A DNA stretch of 64,000 bases from an uncultured Acidobacteriota bacterium (GCA_963811425.1 CAWERV010000018.1:195332-259331), one strand, 5' to 3'. Numbered from the stretch's first letter, positions 11,079-23,627 are shown. Notes: generated by a model not told the origin, from the sequence alone. Numbers and translations are program-made.

Positions 11079-12350
11079 CAGATGCCTCCCACGAACCGGC
11101 CGGGAGCGAGCCGCCGCGTCGGGATCGAGGCGGTCCTTGACGCTCTCATCGAGCCGATCGCGGCGGGCGGCGGCCCCCAGACCGTCGACGCGCTCGCGCA
11201 CGCGAGTCGGGCGCTTCCTCGAGGACCAGCGAGCCTCCGCCGGCGGCGCGAGCAGCGCCCGCGCGGACGCGACCGCCGCGGCGACGCGTCGGTCGAGCGC
11301 GGCGCTCCCGGAGACGAAGCCGAGTCCGAGCGTGGGATACCAGACGAAGCCGGCGCTCTCGAGCGCGCCGAAGGAGCGGCGCGACAGCGTCTCGGCCGCG
11401 AGCGTCTCGAACGCGGACGGAAGCGCGGCGACCTTCGCCCGGAAGCGAGCCGGCCGTGCGCAGCGCGTCGTGCCGCGCCCAGAAGGCCTCGGCGCCGCCG
11501 CGTCGAGCGCGTCGCAGGCGGCGCCGCGCCTCGCGCCGAGGCGATCGAGGCGAGCCGCTCGCCCTGTTCGGCGACGCCCTCTGCCGAACCCCTCGAAGCG
11601 GACGCCGACATCGAAGCGCCGCCGTCCTCGCCAGAGCGCGACGACCGACGGTCGGCTCGAGCTGCGCCTCGCGCATGCGCCGCCACGAGCGGCTCGCACG
11701 CTCGCTCGCGCGCTTCGGCCCGGAGAGAAGAGCGTGACGCTCCTCCTCGGGCAGCGGGTGCAGCCGGAACGTCGCGGTCGCGACCAGGCCCGAGCGTGCC
11801 GAGCGAGCCGACCATCAGCTTCGGCAGGTCGAAGCCGGCGACGTTCTTGACGACCTTGCCGCCGCCGTGCGCGAGCGCCCCGTCGGCGCGCACGAGGGAG
11901 ACGCCGATGATGAGGTCGCGCAGCGAGCCGTAGCGCGCGCGCCGCGGGCCGAAGGCGTTCGCCGCGACGAGGCCGCCGATCGTCGCCCGCTCCGGCGAGC
12001 GGCGGATCGAGCGCGAGCCGCTGGCCGTGCGCGGCCGAGCAGCGCGCCTGCAGCGCCGCGAGCGTCACGCCCGCCTCGACGACGACGATCTGGTCGGAGG
12101 GCGCGTGCTCGACGATGCGGTCGAGGCGCTCCGTCCGCAGGACGGCGTCGAGGCGCTCGCGGGCGGCCGCCCGAGTCCGAGGTCCGTGCCGCCGCCGACG
12201 AAGGCGAGGCTCTTGCCGCTGCGCGCCGACTCGCGGAGGACCTCGGCCGCCTCCTCGACGCGTCGACGGCTCGAAGACGACCTCCGGGACGGACGCCGAG
12301 GATCGCGTCGGCGTCGGTCGCGGCCGCGGCGGCGGGAGCAGCGCTCACTC
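11078..12350 (-). pseudogene. glcE: Glycolate oxidase FAD-binding subunit GlcE, frameshifted (5' boundary approximate)
   Basis: [16 protein letters not shown] (ORF 12065..13315), [22 protein letters not shown] (ORF 10551..12068) and [26 protein letters not shown] (ORF 11078..11893) are consecutive GlcE segments in three frames. The stop overlaps the glcF ATG. Confidence 0.65.
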
Positions 12351-13829
12351 CGCGCCACGCCTCGCCCGAGAGCTCCGTCGGGTGCGGCACGTACGGACCC
12401 GGGCCGGTCGCCGCAGAGGCGCGGCGTCGGGAAGACCTTGCCCGGGTTGAGCAGCGCCGTCCGGATCGAACGCGCAGCGCACGAGGCCCATCGTCTCGAG
12501 GTCCTCCTCCGAGAACATCTCGGCCATGTAGGCGGCCTTGTCGGCGCCCACGCCGTGCTCGCCGGTGATCGAGCCGCCGTAGCGCACGCACATCCGCAGG
12601 ATCTCGCCGCCGAGCTCCTCGGCCGGCCTGCTCCTGGCCCGGCACGCGCGCGTCGTAGAGGACGAGCGGGTGGAGGTTGCCGTCGCCGGCGTGGAAGACG
12701 TTCGCGACGCGCAGGCCCGGCTTCTGCCGCGAGCTCGGCGATCTCGCGCAGCACCTCGGCGATCTCCGAGCGCGGGATGACGCCGTCCTGGACGATGTAG
12801 TTCGGGCTGATGCGGCCGACGGCGGCGAAGGCGCTCTTCCGGCCCTTCCACATGAGCGCGCGCTCGGCCTCGTCGCGCGGGTCCGGATCTCGATCGCGCC
12901 CGCCTCGCGCGCGAGCTCGACCGCGTTCTCGGACGTGTGCTCGACCTCGGCGAGCGGGCCCGTCGACGTCCATGAGGAGCGCCGCGCCGACGTCCGGCCA
13001 GTCGAGCCCGGTCGCGGCCTTGGCCGCCACGATCGCGAGGCGGTCCATCATCTCGATCGCGGCCGGGACGATGCCCGAGGCGATGATCGCCGAGACCGGC
13101 GCGCCCGCCTCGTCCGTCGAGGGGAACGTCGCGAAGAACGTGCGCGTGGCCTGCGGCTTGCGGAGGATCCGGAGCACGACCTCGGTGACGATGCCGAGCA
13201 TCCCCTCGCTGCCCGACGAGGACGCCCAGCAGGTCGTAGCCCGGCGTGTCGAGGACCGGGCCGCCGAGGTCCACGACCGCGCCCGTCCGCCGAGGACGAC
13301 CCGCGCGCCGAGCACGTGGTTCGACGGTGAAGCCGTACTTCAGGCAGTGCGCGCCGCCCGAGTTCTCGGCGACGTTGCCGCCGATCGTGCAGACGCTCTG
13401 CGAGGACGGGTCGGGCGCGTAGTAGTAGCCGGCGGCGCGCGATCGCCTTGCTGACGTCGAGGTTGATGACGCCGGGCTCGACGCGCATGAAGCCGTTCTC
13501 GAGGTCGACCTCGAGGATGCGCTTCATGCGCGAGAGCGCGACGACGACGCAGCCCGGGACGGGCAGCGCGCCGCCGGAGAGGCCGGTGCCGGCCCCCCGC
13601 GCGACGACCGGGAGGCCGCGCCTCGCGAGCGGCTGCGACGACGGCCGACGACCTCCTCGGTCGAGCGCGGGCAGGACGACGAGCCCGGGCCGCACGCGGA
13701 AGCTCGTGAGGCCGTCGCACTCGTAGGTCGACAGCTCCGCCTCGTCCGAGATGCAGTGCCGCTCGCCCGACGATCGCCGCCATCCGCGCGACGACGTCGA
13801 CGGGCCACGGGAACGGAGGCGGCGCTCAT
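12345..13829 (-). pseudogene. glcD: Glycolate oxidase subunit GlcD, frameshifted (3' boundary approximate)
   Basis: ATG at 13829 follows GAGGAA. The FAD-binding block [14 protein letters not shown] (ORF 13048..13695) and the later blocks [18 protein letters not shown] (ORF 12345..13274) and [15 protein letters not shown] (ORF 12065..13315) lie in different frames. Confidence 0.65.
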
Positions 13830-13839
13830 GGACCGTTCC

Positions 13840-15431
<1,592 letters not shown>

Positions 15432-15440
15432 TGCGCGAGC

Positions 15441-17250
15441 TCACTTGCCCGGCAGCGCCGGAATCGCACCCGGTGAACACGTAGGCCTGGAGCAGGGCGA
15501 TCAGCCCGATGATGGCGGCGCCCACGACCGAGTGCCACCAGACCTTGCGGAAGATCGGGCCCAGCGCGTGCGAGCGCTCGTCGGCGTCGTCGTAGCAGGC
15601 GGCGCAGGCGACCATGATCGACTGAGCGTCGATCATCTTGCCCATGACGCCGCCGGTCGAGTTGGTGGCCACGATCAGGACCTCGTTCAGGTGGAGCTGC
15701 TGCGCGGTGATGCGCTGGAGGCTGCCGAAGAGGGCGTTGCGACGCCGTGTCGGAGCCCGTCAGGAACACGCCGAGCCAGCCCAGGTAGGCGGCGAAGAAC
15801 GGATACACGACGCCGGCGCTGGTGAACGCGAGGCCGAGGACCGCGTCGGTGCCCGAGTAGCGGGTCAGGAACCCGAGCCCGAGCACCTGCCCGATGACGA
15901 GCACCGGGATCTTCATGCGCTCGGGCCGTCCGCACGATCGCCTCCCTCCACTGCGCCGCCCCAGAGCGCGAGCACGAGGCCGGAGAGCAGCGCCGCGAGG
16001 AAGACGCCCGTCCCGGCCGCCGAGAGCCAGTTGATGTGAACTGCGCGGCCTCGGGCTTCGGCGTCGCGGCGACGACGGGCGGCGTGCGCTGGACCTTGTT
16101 GTGCAGGGACGGCATGTCCCAGGCAGGCAGCGAGAGCGTCCCCTTGAGCGGAGAACCCAGGACGCGTCGTGTCGACCTTGACGCTCTGCGAAGAGGTTGT
16201 TGAGCTTCGTCTTCCAGTCGGGCATGCCCCAGAGCGCGCAGCAGAGGATCAGGATCGCCCACGGGCGTCCAGGCGTAGGCCGTCTGGCCCGCCGTGTACG
16301 TGTACTTCCACTCAGCGCCGCCGCGCCGCGCGCAGCCGCCTTCGCCGCACCCTCTCGCTCGGACCGCAGCAGGAAGCGCGTCTTCGGATGCCATACGAAC
16401 CGCAGGAAGAGCGCCGTGCAGATGACCGAGAAGACGCCCGAGACGACGTCGGTCATCAGGTGAGTCGGCTCGTATCCCGAGGCGAACCACTGCATGACCG
16501 CGAACGAGAGCGCCCGAACACGAGCGCGCCGGGCCACACCTCCCAGACTTCCTTCCAGGTGCCGCCTTCCATCATCACGAACGTCGCGACCAGCCAGAAC
16601 GGGCACCAGGACCGACACGAACGGAAGCTGGTGGCCGGCCATGGCGGAGAGCGTGCTGCTGGTCGAGTCCGCTGACGGCCGCGAGCGTCACGATCGGCGT
16701 GCCGATGGCGCCCCAGGCGACGGGCGCGGTGTTGGCGAGGAGGTTCAGGACGGCCGACTGGAAGGGCGAGAACCCGAGGCCCACCATGACGGCGCCCGCG
16801 ATCGCGACCGGCGTCCCGAAGCCCGACGTCCCCTCGATGATCGCGCCGAACGAGAAGGCGATCAGCAGGACCTGGAGCCGCCGGTCGAACGAGATGTGGA
16901 TGATCGACTCCTTGACGATCTCGAACTTCCCGGTGATCACCGTCATGGTGTAGAGGAACATGGCGGCGAGCACGATCCAGATGATCCCGAGGAAGCCCGA
17001 GAGGCACTCCGAGCGCGAAGGCCGAGAGCGCCGAGGGAAGCGACATGAGAAGGCGAGACAGGACGACGAGCGAAGGCCGCGATGACGCCGTAGAAGGCGG
17101 CGTAGGGCGCGGCGATGCCGAGATGCCGGACGCCCATCTCGTCCCGATGGGGATGGAGCGCGATGAAGTAGAGGAGGACGAGGATCGGGACGCGGCGACG
17201 AGGGTGGACAGGAAGACGTTGCCGAGCGGGTTGTAGTTCTGAAAGTACAT
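15441..17250 (-). pseudogene. L-lactate/glycolate permease (LctP family), frameshifted
   Basis: N-terminus MYFQNYNPLGNVFLSTLVAA (ORF 16456..17250). The core IIEGTSGFGTPVAIAGAVMVGLGF is in ORF 16575..17345. C-terminal segments are in ORFs 14624..16642 and 14530..15672, and an alternative-frame stop lies at 15441-15443. Confidence 0.65.
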
Positions 17251-17490
17251 GAGGACCTCGCTCTCGTTGGTGCGGCATCAACGACCGGCTGGAACGAAAA
17301 TCGAGCCCATTCCGCGGAAAGAACTGAGGCGAGTCTATCGCTCAATCCGGGTTCGGTCCTGAGCCGGCAGCGAGATTTCAGGCTCGGGGGCCGACGGTCG
17401 CGGCGGCCTTCACACCCCGTTTACACGGAGGGGGGGCGTCGCTCGGCGGGCGCCGCATGGATATGATTCGGGCCAAGAACGGAGGCACCT

Positions 17491-17904
17491 ATGAAACCTG
17501 CCATCTCGAGGGTCGCCGCACTGGGAGCGATGGTCGTGCTCGTCGGAGCCGCCGGCATCGGGGCGCTCCAGACCTCGCAAACCCCTGCCGTGAAGAGGAA
17601 TGTCGTGCTGAAGCAGGACATGACCATCCCCGGCCGGGAGGCCGTCATGGCCGTCGTCGAGATACCCCCGGGCGGCGCGGAAGGGCGGCACACTCACCCC
17701 GCCGAAGTGTTCGCCTTCGTCCAGGAAGGCAACCTGACACTCGAGATCGAGGGCAAGCCGACCGAGACCCTGAAGGCCGGGGACCATTTCTATGTCGCCC
17801 CGGGCCAGGTCCACCAGGGGACCAATAGCGGGAGCGCGCCCGTGAAGCTTCTCGTCGTTTTCGTCGCCGAAAAGGGAAAGCCGCTCACGACGCAAGCACC
17901 CTAG
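17491..17904 (+). CDS. Secreted cupin-domain protein
   Basis: Intact 137-aa ORF with a signal peptide. The cupin motifs are GAEGRHTHPAEVFAFVQEG and GDHFYVAPGQVHQG. Confidence 0.75.
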   Translation: MKPAISRVAALGAMVVLVGAAGIGALQTSQTPAVKRNVVLKQDMTIPGREAVMAVVEIPPGGAEGRHTHPAEVFAFVQEGNLTLEIEGKPTETLKAGDHFYVAPGQVHQGTNSGSAPVKLLVVFVAEKGKPLTTQAP

Positions 17905-17961
17905 GGCCGGGCCCGCGGCGGAACAGGCGGTAGTATCTCTGTCCGAGAACGGAGGAAGCAA

Positions 17962-18321
17962 ATGACGACGCGCCGTGCTCTGCTCTTCGCCTCGCTGATC
18001 CTGGTCGTGTCAGCGCCCGTTTCGATGCTCGCAGCCGCGGGTCCGCTGGAGGTGACCTTCTACTACCTGCCCGGCTGACCGATTTGCGCGAACATCAAGC
18101 CCGCCGTGAGCGGGTTGGAGAGCGAGTACAAGGGCAAGGTCCGGGGCCAGAATCTCGACGCCACCACTCCCGAGAACAAGAAGATCGTTCAGTCGCTGGG
18201 CTTCGAGAACCACGGCCTCGTCATCCGTTCCACCGACGGCAAGGTTCTCTGGAAGCAGCCCGACCACGAAGTAAAGATGGAAGATGTGCGCCGGGAGCTG
18301 GACAGGCTGCTCTCGAAATAG
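17962..18321 (+). CDS. Secreted thioredoxin-fold selenoprotein candidate; in-frame UGA (Sec) at 18076-18078 within a U-P-I-C redox motif
   Basis: ATG at 17962 follows GGAGG, then a signal peptide. Reading through TGA 18076 joins in frame to ORF 18106..18321, giving ...LEVTFYYLPG-U-PICANIKPAVSGLESEYKG.... A hairpin lies downstream of the TGA. The paralog at 40879 has the same TGA. Confidence 0.75.
18098..18116 (+). promoter_or_regulatory. Putative bacterial SECIS hairpin
   Basis: AGCCCGC/GCGGGUU stem (7 bp including one G-U) with loop CGUGA. The stem begins 19 nt after the UGA. The sequence is identical in the paralog at 41018-41036. Confidence 0.55.
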
Positions 18322-18339
18322 TCGACCGTTCCTTGAGTC

Positions 18340-19092
18340 CTAGCGGCTGGCCAGGCCCCCGGCGATTTCGCCGCCATCGATGATCACGGGGTGTCCCGTG
18401 ATGTACGGAGCCTCGTCGGAGGCCAGGAAAGCAAAGAGAGCGGCGATTTCGCTGGTCGTCGCGTGGCGGCCGAGGGGTATTTTGGCGTCCACCGCCGCCT
18501 TCATTTCCGGGGTGTATTCCGCTTCCTGCATGGCCGTCCAGACGTACCCGGGGCACACCGCGATCACGCGGATGGTCGGCGCCAGCTCCAGCGCCATCGT
18601 GCGGGTGAGCTCGATCACGCCGGCCTTCGCGGCGTTGTAGTCGGCGTACCGCGGATAACCGTTCATGCCCGAGGTCGAGCCCATGTTGATGATGACGCCG
18701 CCGCCACCCGCGAGCATGCGCCGCGCGGATTGCTGGGCCACGTAGAAGACGCCATCGAGATCGACGCTCATCACTTTGCGCCATTCCGCGGGCGTGATGT
18801 CCATGAAGTCGTGGCGCAGACTGATGCCGGCGTTGTTGATCGCGACGTCCACACCGCCCAGCAGCCCGTCGAGCTCCCGAAAGGCGCCATCCACGGCGGA
18901 AGCGTCGGATACGTCGGCATGGATCACACCGGCCAGGTTCGAATGTCTCTCCCGAAGGGCCCGACCGCCCGCTTCGTCGCTGTCGATCACCACGACGCTA
19001 GCCCCTTCCTCCAGGAACCGCTCCACCGTGGCCGCGCCGATTCCGCTCGCGCCGCCCGTGATCACCACTCGCTTGCGGGCCAGGCCTTTCAT
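18340..19092 (-). CDS. SDR-family oxidoreductase
   Basis: Intact 250-aa ORF with TGGASGIGAA Rossmann motif, NNAG, and YxxxK (YNAAKAG). Confidence 0.85.
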   Translation of the reverse strand: MKGLARKRVVITGGASGIGAATVERFLEEGASVVVIDSDEAGGRALRERHSNLAGVIHADVSDASAVDGAFRELDGLLGGVDVAINNAGISLRHDFMDITPAEWRKVMSVDLDGVFYVAQQSARRMLAGGGGVIINMGSTSGMNGYPRYADYNAAKAGVIELTRTMALELAPTIRVIAVCPGYVWTAMQEAEYTPEMKAAVDAKIPLGRHATTSEIAALFAFLASDEAPYITGHPVIIDGGEIAGGLASR

Positions 19093-19128
19093 CGGGATTC
19101 CTTCAGCATTCGTTAGGGCACGCGCCGA

Positions 19129-19893
19129 TCAGCCAGCGATGCCGCCGCCGTCCACCACCAGCGCCGCACCGGTCATGAACGACGAATCGTCCGAGGCGAG
19201 AAAGAGCGCCGCTCGCGCCAGCTCCGATGGCGTGCCGACCCGGCCGAGCGGACGATTGGCGGCGCCCTTCATGTAATCCGCGTAGGCCATTCGGCGAGCC
19301 CTGGCGTCGGAGGCCAGCATCGGTGTCTCGACATCGCCCGGGCAGAGACAGTTCACGCGAATGCCCTGCTTCCCGTGATCGATCGCCATCGCCTTGGTCA
19401 TCACGACGAGCCCGCCCTTGGCCGCGCAATAGGCAACGGCTTCGTCGCCGCCCTGAATGCCCCACCCGGACGCCTGATTGATGATCACGCCGCGCCGCTG
19501 CGCGATCATCGTCGGCAAAGAGTACCTGGCCATCAGCCACGCTCCCTTGAGGCTCGAGTCCACCGTCGCGTCCCACTCCTCTTCGGTACAGTCGACTGCG
19601 TTGTGCGGATGGAACACGCCCGCGTTGTTGAAGAGAATGTCGAGGCGGCCGCCGAATGCGCGCAACGTGTCCGCCACGACGCGTTCGCAATCGCCGGGAA
19701 GCCGGACGTCCGCCCTGGCGAAGACCGCCGTGCCGCCGGCCGCGGCGATCGCGGCGACCACCTTTCGGCCACGGGCGTCGTCACGGCCCGTCACCATCAC
19801 CCTGGCGCCCTCTTCCGCGAAAAGGAGGGCCGAGGCCTCGCCGATGCCTGACGTGGCACCCGTGATGATTGCGATGCGGTCTTTCAGCTTCAT
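19129..19893 (-). CDS. SDR-family oxidoreductase
   Basis: Intact 254-aa ORF with TGATSGIGEA, NNAG, and YCAAKGG. Confidence 0.85.
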   Translation of the reverse strand: MKLKDRIAIITGATSGIGEASALLFAEEGARVMVTGRDDARGRKVVAAIAAAGGTAVFARADVRLPGDCERVVADTLRAFGGRLDILFNNAGVFHPHNAVDCTEEEWDATVDSSLKGAWLMARYSLPTMIAQRRGVIINQASGWGIQGGDEAVAYCAAKGGLVVMTKAMAIDHGKQGIRVNCLCPGDVETPMLASDARARRMAYADYMKGAANRPLGRVGTPSELARAALFLASDDSSFMTGAALVVDGGGIAG

Positions 19894-19951
19894 CAGAGCG
19901 AATCTCGATTGCGGTCATCGGTAGCTTACCTCCTGGCCCCAAAAATCCTTC

Positions 19952-19986
19952 GGCGCTGAGCAGGAGTTCGTCTACTGCTATTGCCG
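19952..19986 (+). pseudogene. 3'-terminal remnant of a SAM-methyltransferase paralog
   Basis: The 35 nt ggcgctgagcaggagttcgtctactgctattgccg match 41821-41855 (the end of the methyltransferase gene 41251..41868) with one mismatch. No upstream part of the gene is present. Confidence 0.7.
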
Positions 19987-20443
19987 CGTCCTCAACTCGA
20001 GAAACGAGGCACGCGCAGCCAGGCACTGGGCGGGCGAGGCAGGATTGCGGGGCCCGAACCCTCGGGACGTTCATCGGTGCGGGAAGGGACGAGCGACCTA
20101 CTCCCTTCGCCCTGCGCCATTACGGGATCTCGTCGATCTGAAACTCTTGCGTCGGTAATAGAGCTTCCGCCCGCGCTACCGCCTCATGAACTCGACTTGC
20201 CGGAACGCCGTGAGCCGTCAGCCGTCAGCCGAGCGGCCAACGAAGACGCATTCGCAAAGTCGGGCCCGAAGCCGGGGCTCGACACGCGGAACAAGAGTTC
20301 GAAGGAGGGTGACGCGATCCGTCTGACTGTCACTATTCTCTGCGCCATGCGGCCCGCACTTATACACGTATGGGCATGAACGCCGGGTATTGCCGGGGGG
20401 CGGCGAGGATCCATACCACGGTCCTCCTTCGCCAGCCGATGTT

Positions 20444-20467
20444 AAGGACTCGCAAAGAGTCCGAGTC
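20444..20467 (+). repeat. Mini-copy of the array-repeat core motifs (AGGACTCG ... GAGTCCGAGTC)
   Basis: aaggactcgcaaagagtccgagtc contains the inverted pair GGACTC/GAGTCC and the GTCCGAGTC unit seen in the 13-mers of the 41.9-61.8 kb repeats. Confidence 0.45.
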
Positions 20468-20517
20468 GTTTGGCGTTTCTCTCTTGACGGATACTCGGCA
20501 ACAATAATAATCCGCCC

Positions 20518-22287
20518 GTGCCGATTCTTCTGCCAGGCCGTACGGCCGATGAAACAACTGCCGAGCAGCCTCCGTTCGGCGGCGCGGCCGGCATTGCCGT
20601 CGACCTCTTCCTGATCGCGACTCTTGCGGCGCTCGTCGGCGGCGTCGTCGTCCTCGCACAGCGGTGGAACGCCCCGATTCGCACGGCGACCCCGATCAAC
20701 CTCGACCCCAGAGCGTTGCCCGGCTACACGCTGCTCTCCCTCTCGCGAGGGTTCGCCGCCTATCTGCTTTCGCTCGTGTTCACGCTCGTTTACGGGACGA
20801 TTGCCGCGCACTCGAGACGCGCGGAGAAGGTGATGATCCCGCTGCTCGACATCGGTCAGGGAATCCCGGTGCTCGGCTTTCTGCCCGGTCTGGTGCTCGG
20901 GATGGTCGCGCTCTTTCCGCACTCGAACGTCGGGCTCGAGCTCGCATGCGTCCTCATGATCTTCACTGGCCAGGTCTGGAACATGGTGTTCTCGTTCTAC
21001 GGATCGGTGCGTTCCGTGCCGACGGAGCTCAGGGAAGTGGCCCGCATCCATCGGTTCGGCTGGTTCAAGACGTTCCGGACCGTGGAGGTCTCCTCGTCGG
21101 CGATCGGGCTGGTTTGGAACTCGATGATGTCGATGGCCGGAGGCTGGTTCTTTCTGACGGTCAACGAGGCGTTCACACTCGGCGATCGTGACTTTCGTCT
21201 TCCCGGGGTGGGCTCCTACATGGCAGTCGCCATAGCAAAGGGAGACCGCCGAGCGATGTGCTGGGCGATCGTCGCGATGGCGGTGATGATCCTCGCGGTC
21301 GATCAACTGCTTTGGAAGCCGCTCGTCGCATGGTCGGAGCGCTTTCGCCTCGAGGAGCTATCGTCGGCCGATAAGCCGAAGTCCTGGGTACTCGACCTCT
21401 TGCGGCGTTCGCCACTGATGCGCAGGCTGCGAAAATTGCGTCGGCAGCGCGACTCTGTCGCCGACGCACGAACAGTGCAGGATGTGTCTCGCAAGGCCGC
21501 CTTGCCCCAAGCCGACGCCGAGCGGGCCGGCGTCGTACTTCGGCAGTCTCTGCTCTGGCTGTTCGGGGTCGCAGCGGTCGGGAGCGCAGCCTGGGGCTGC
21601 TTCCGGCTCATTCACCTGCTTGCCGCAGTCCCGGAACGGGACTGGCGCACGCTTGCCGCAGCTCTGGGAGCCACGTTCCTCCGCACGGCCGGCGCCCTGG
21701 CCGTGGCGGCCATCTGGACCGTACCCGCGGGAATCCTCATTGGCCGCTCGCCGACGTGGTCCCGACGGCTGCAGCCCGTGGTCCAGTTGGTCGCCTCGTT
21801 CCCGGCACCGATGGTCTTCCCGCTGGTCACGGCCGCAATGCTGGCCTTCCGAATCCCGTTTGCCGTGATTGCGGCTGCGCTCATGCTGCTCGGTGCCCAG
21901 TGGTATGTTCTCTTCAACGTACTCGCCGGGGCGAGCGCCATCCCGCACGACCTCGAAGAAGCAGCGGAGACGTACCACGTCGACGGCGCCGCAAGGTGGA
22001 GGAAGCTCTTCCTGCCCGCGGTTTTCCCGTATCTCGTGACCGGACTCATCACCGCGGCAGGGGGAGCCTGGAATGCCTCGATCGTGGCCGAGACGCTGGA
22101 GTACCAGGGACACACGCTCGAGACCTTCGGTCTCGGGTCGACCATCACGCGTGCCACGCAGTCGGCCAACTTCCCCCTGCTCGCCGCCGGGGTGCTCACG
22201 ATGTCTGCCGCCCTGATCCTCCTGAACCGCGCCGTCTGGCGCCCGCTCTATCGGCTCGCCGAGTCGCGGTACGCTCTCAACCGATGA
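20518..22287 (+). CDS. ABC transporter permease, duplicated (two permease domains fused)
   Basis: Intact 589-aa polytopic ORF with two similar halves, as in nitrate/sulfonate/taurine-type fused permeases. Its stop overlaps the ATPase start (ATGA). Confidence 0.75.
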   Translation: MPILLPGRTADETTAEQPPFGGAAGIAVDLFLIATLAALVGGVVVLAQRWNAPIRTATPINLDPRALPGYTLLSLSRGFAAYLLSLVFTLVYGTIAAHSRRAEKVMIPLLDIGQGIPVLGFLPGLVLGMVALFPHSNVGLELACVLMIFTGQVWNMVFSFYGSVRSVPTELREVARIHRFGWFKTFRTVEVSSSAIGLVWNSMMSMAGGWFFLTVNEAFTLGDRDFRLPGVGSYMAVAIAKGDRRAMCWAIVAMAVMILAVDQLLWKPLVAWSERFRLEELSSADKPKSWVLDLLRRSPLMRRLRKLRRQRDSVADARTVQDVSRKAALPQADAERAGVVLRQSLLWLFGVAAVGSAAWGCFRLIHLLAAVPERDWRTLAAALGATFLRTAGALAVAAIWTVPAGILIGRSPTWSRRLQPVVQLVASFPAPMVFPLVTAAMLAFRIPFAVIAAALMLLGAQWYVLFNVLAGASAIPHDLEEAAETYHVDGAARWRKLFLPAVFPYLVTGLITAAGGAWNASIVAETLEYQGHTLETFGLGSTITRATQSANFPLLAAGVLTMSAALILLNRAVWRPLYRLAESRYALNR

Positions 22288-23627
22288 GCACGGCCAAGCC
22301 TCGCCTTCTCGACGCCGAGCCGCCCATCGCACAGGCGGAGCGCGTGACCAAGGTCTACCATGACGATGAAGGGCGCGAGCACGTTGTCTTGAAGGATGTC
22401 GACTTCTCGGTCCGAAAAGGCGAGACCGTCGCGATGCTCGGCCCGTCGGGATGCGGGAAGTCCACGCTGCTGCGGATCCTGATCGGGTTGATTCCCCCGA
22501 GTTCCGGAGAGCTGAAGGAGCACGGAAAGCCGCTCGCGGGCATTCACCCGGGCGCCTCCGTCGTGTTCCAGAACTTTGCGCTCTACCCCTGGCTGACCGT
22601 CGAGCAGAATGTGAAAGTGGGGCTCAACGGGGCACCGCTTCCGGAGGAGGAAACCGCTTCGCGCGTCGCGCAAGCCATCGACAAGGTGGGACTTGGCGGA
22701 GTCGAGCGCGCGTACCCGAAGGAGCTCTCGGGAGGCATGAAACAGCGCGTCGGAATCGCACGAGCGCTCGTCGGCGGGCCGGAGCTGCTCTGCATGGACG
22801 AGCCGTTTTCCGCCCTCGACGTGCTTACGGCCGAGCTTCTCCGGGCCGAAGTCTACCGGCTCTGGTCGGACCGTTCGAGCAGCCTGTCCTCGATCCTCAT
22901 CATCACGCACCTGATCGACGAGGCCGTGTACCTTGGCGATCGCATCGTCATCCTGGGCGCGAATCCGGGGACGATCAAACAAGAGATCGTCAATACGCTC
23001 CCCCACCCTCGGGAGTACCGGCATCCCGAGTTCCTGCGCATGGTCGAGGAAATCCACGACATCGTGACGGGGATCCACCTCCCGGAAGAGAAGCCGGCGG
23101 CGGCGACGACTGCGGGCGGCCGCCCCGTAGTCGGCCCGATCCGGCCGATCCCCGAGGCGCGGCCGAGCGAGGTCCTCGGTTTGCTCGAGATCCTGAGCGA
23201 TCACTCGAGTGAGCAGGACCTCTTCGAGCTCGACGCGATCACGGAATACGACTTCGGTCACACCATCGCGGTCGTGAAGGCCGCGGAGATGCTCGGACTA
23301 GCCGAGACGCCCGGAGATCTCGTTCGGCTCACGGACCTCGGCCACGAGATGGTTGCGGCGCCCGCGCAGGAGAAGAAACTCCTCTTCCGGAAGCGGCTTC
23401 TCACGCTGGGAACCTTCGCGGCCCTCATTCGCTACATGGCTGCCGAGCCGGACTCCGCCCACTCCGGGGAGGACGTCCGCACGTTCCTCGAAGAGCGGCT
23501 CCCGGGCCACTCCATCCCCGATTTGTTCCACACGATCGTCAACTGGGGCCGGTACGCGCAGCTCTGGCACTACGATGCCGCCTCGGACGAGCTGGCGCTC
23601 CATACCGGAAGGGATGAGGACGACTGA
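22284..23627 (+). CDS. ABC transporter ATP-binding protein with C-terminal AAA-associated domain
   Basis: ATG at 22284 within ORF 21756..23627. Walker A GPSGCGKST, signature LSGGMKQRV, Walker B LLCMDEPFSALD, plus a ~170-aa C-terminal extension. Confidence 0.85.
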   Translation: MSTAKPRLLDAEPPIAQAERVTKVYHDDEGREHVVLKDVDFSVRKGETVAMLGPSGCGKSTLLRILIGLIPPSSGELKEHGKPLAGIHPGASVVFQNFALYPWLTVEQNVKVGLNGAPLPEEETASRVAQAIDKVGLGGVERAYPKELSGGMKQRVGIARALVGGPELLCMDEPFSALDVLTAELLRAEVYRLWSDRSSSLSSILIITHLIDEAVYLGDRIVILGANPGTIKQEIVNTLPHPREYRHPEFLRMVEEIHDIVTGIHLPEEKPAAATTAGGRPVVGPIRPIPEARPSEVLGLLEILSDHSSEQDLFELDAITEYDFGHTIAVVKAAEMLGLAETPGDLVRLTDLGHEMVAAPAQEKKLLFRKRLLTLGTFAALIRYMAAEPDSAHSGEDVRTFLEERLPGHSIPDLFHTIVNWGRYAQLWHYDAASDELALHTGRDEDD

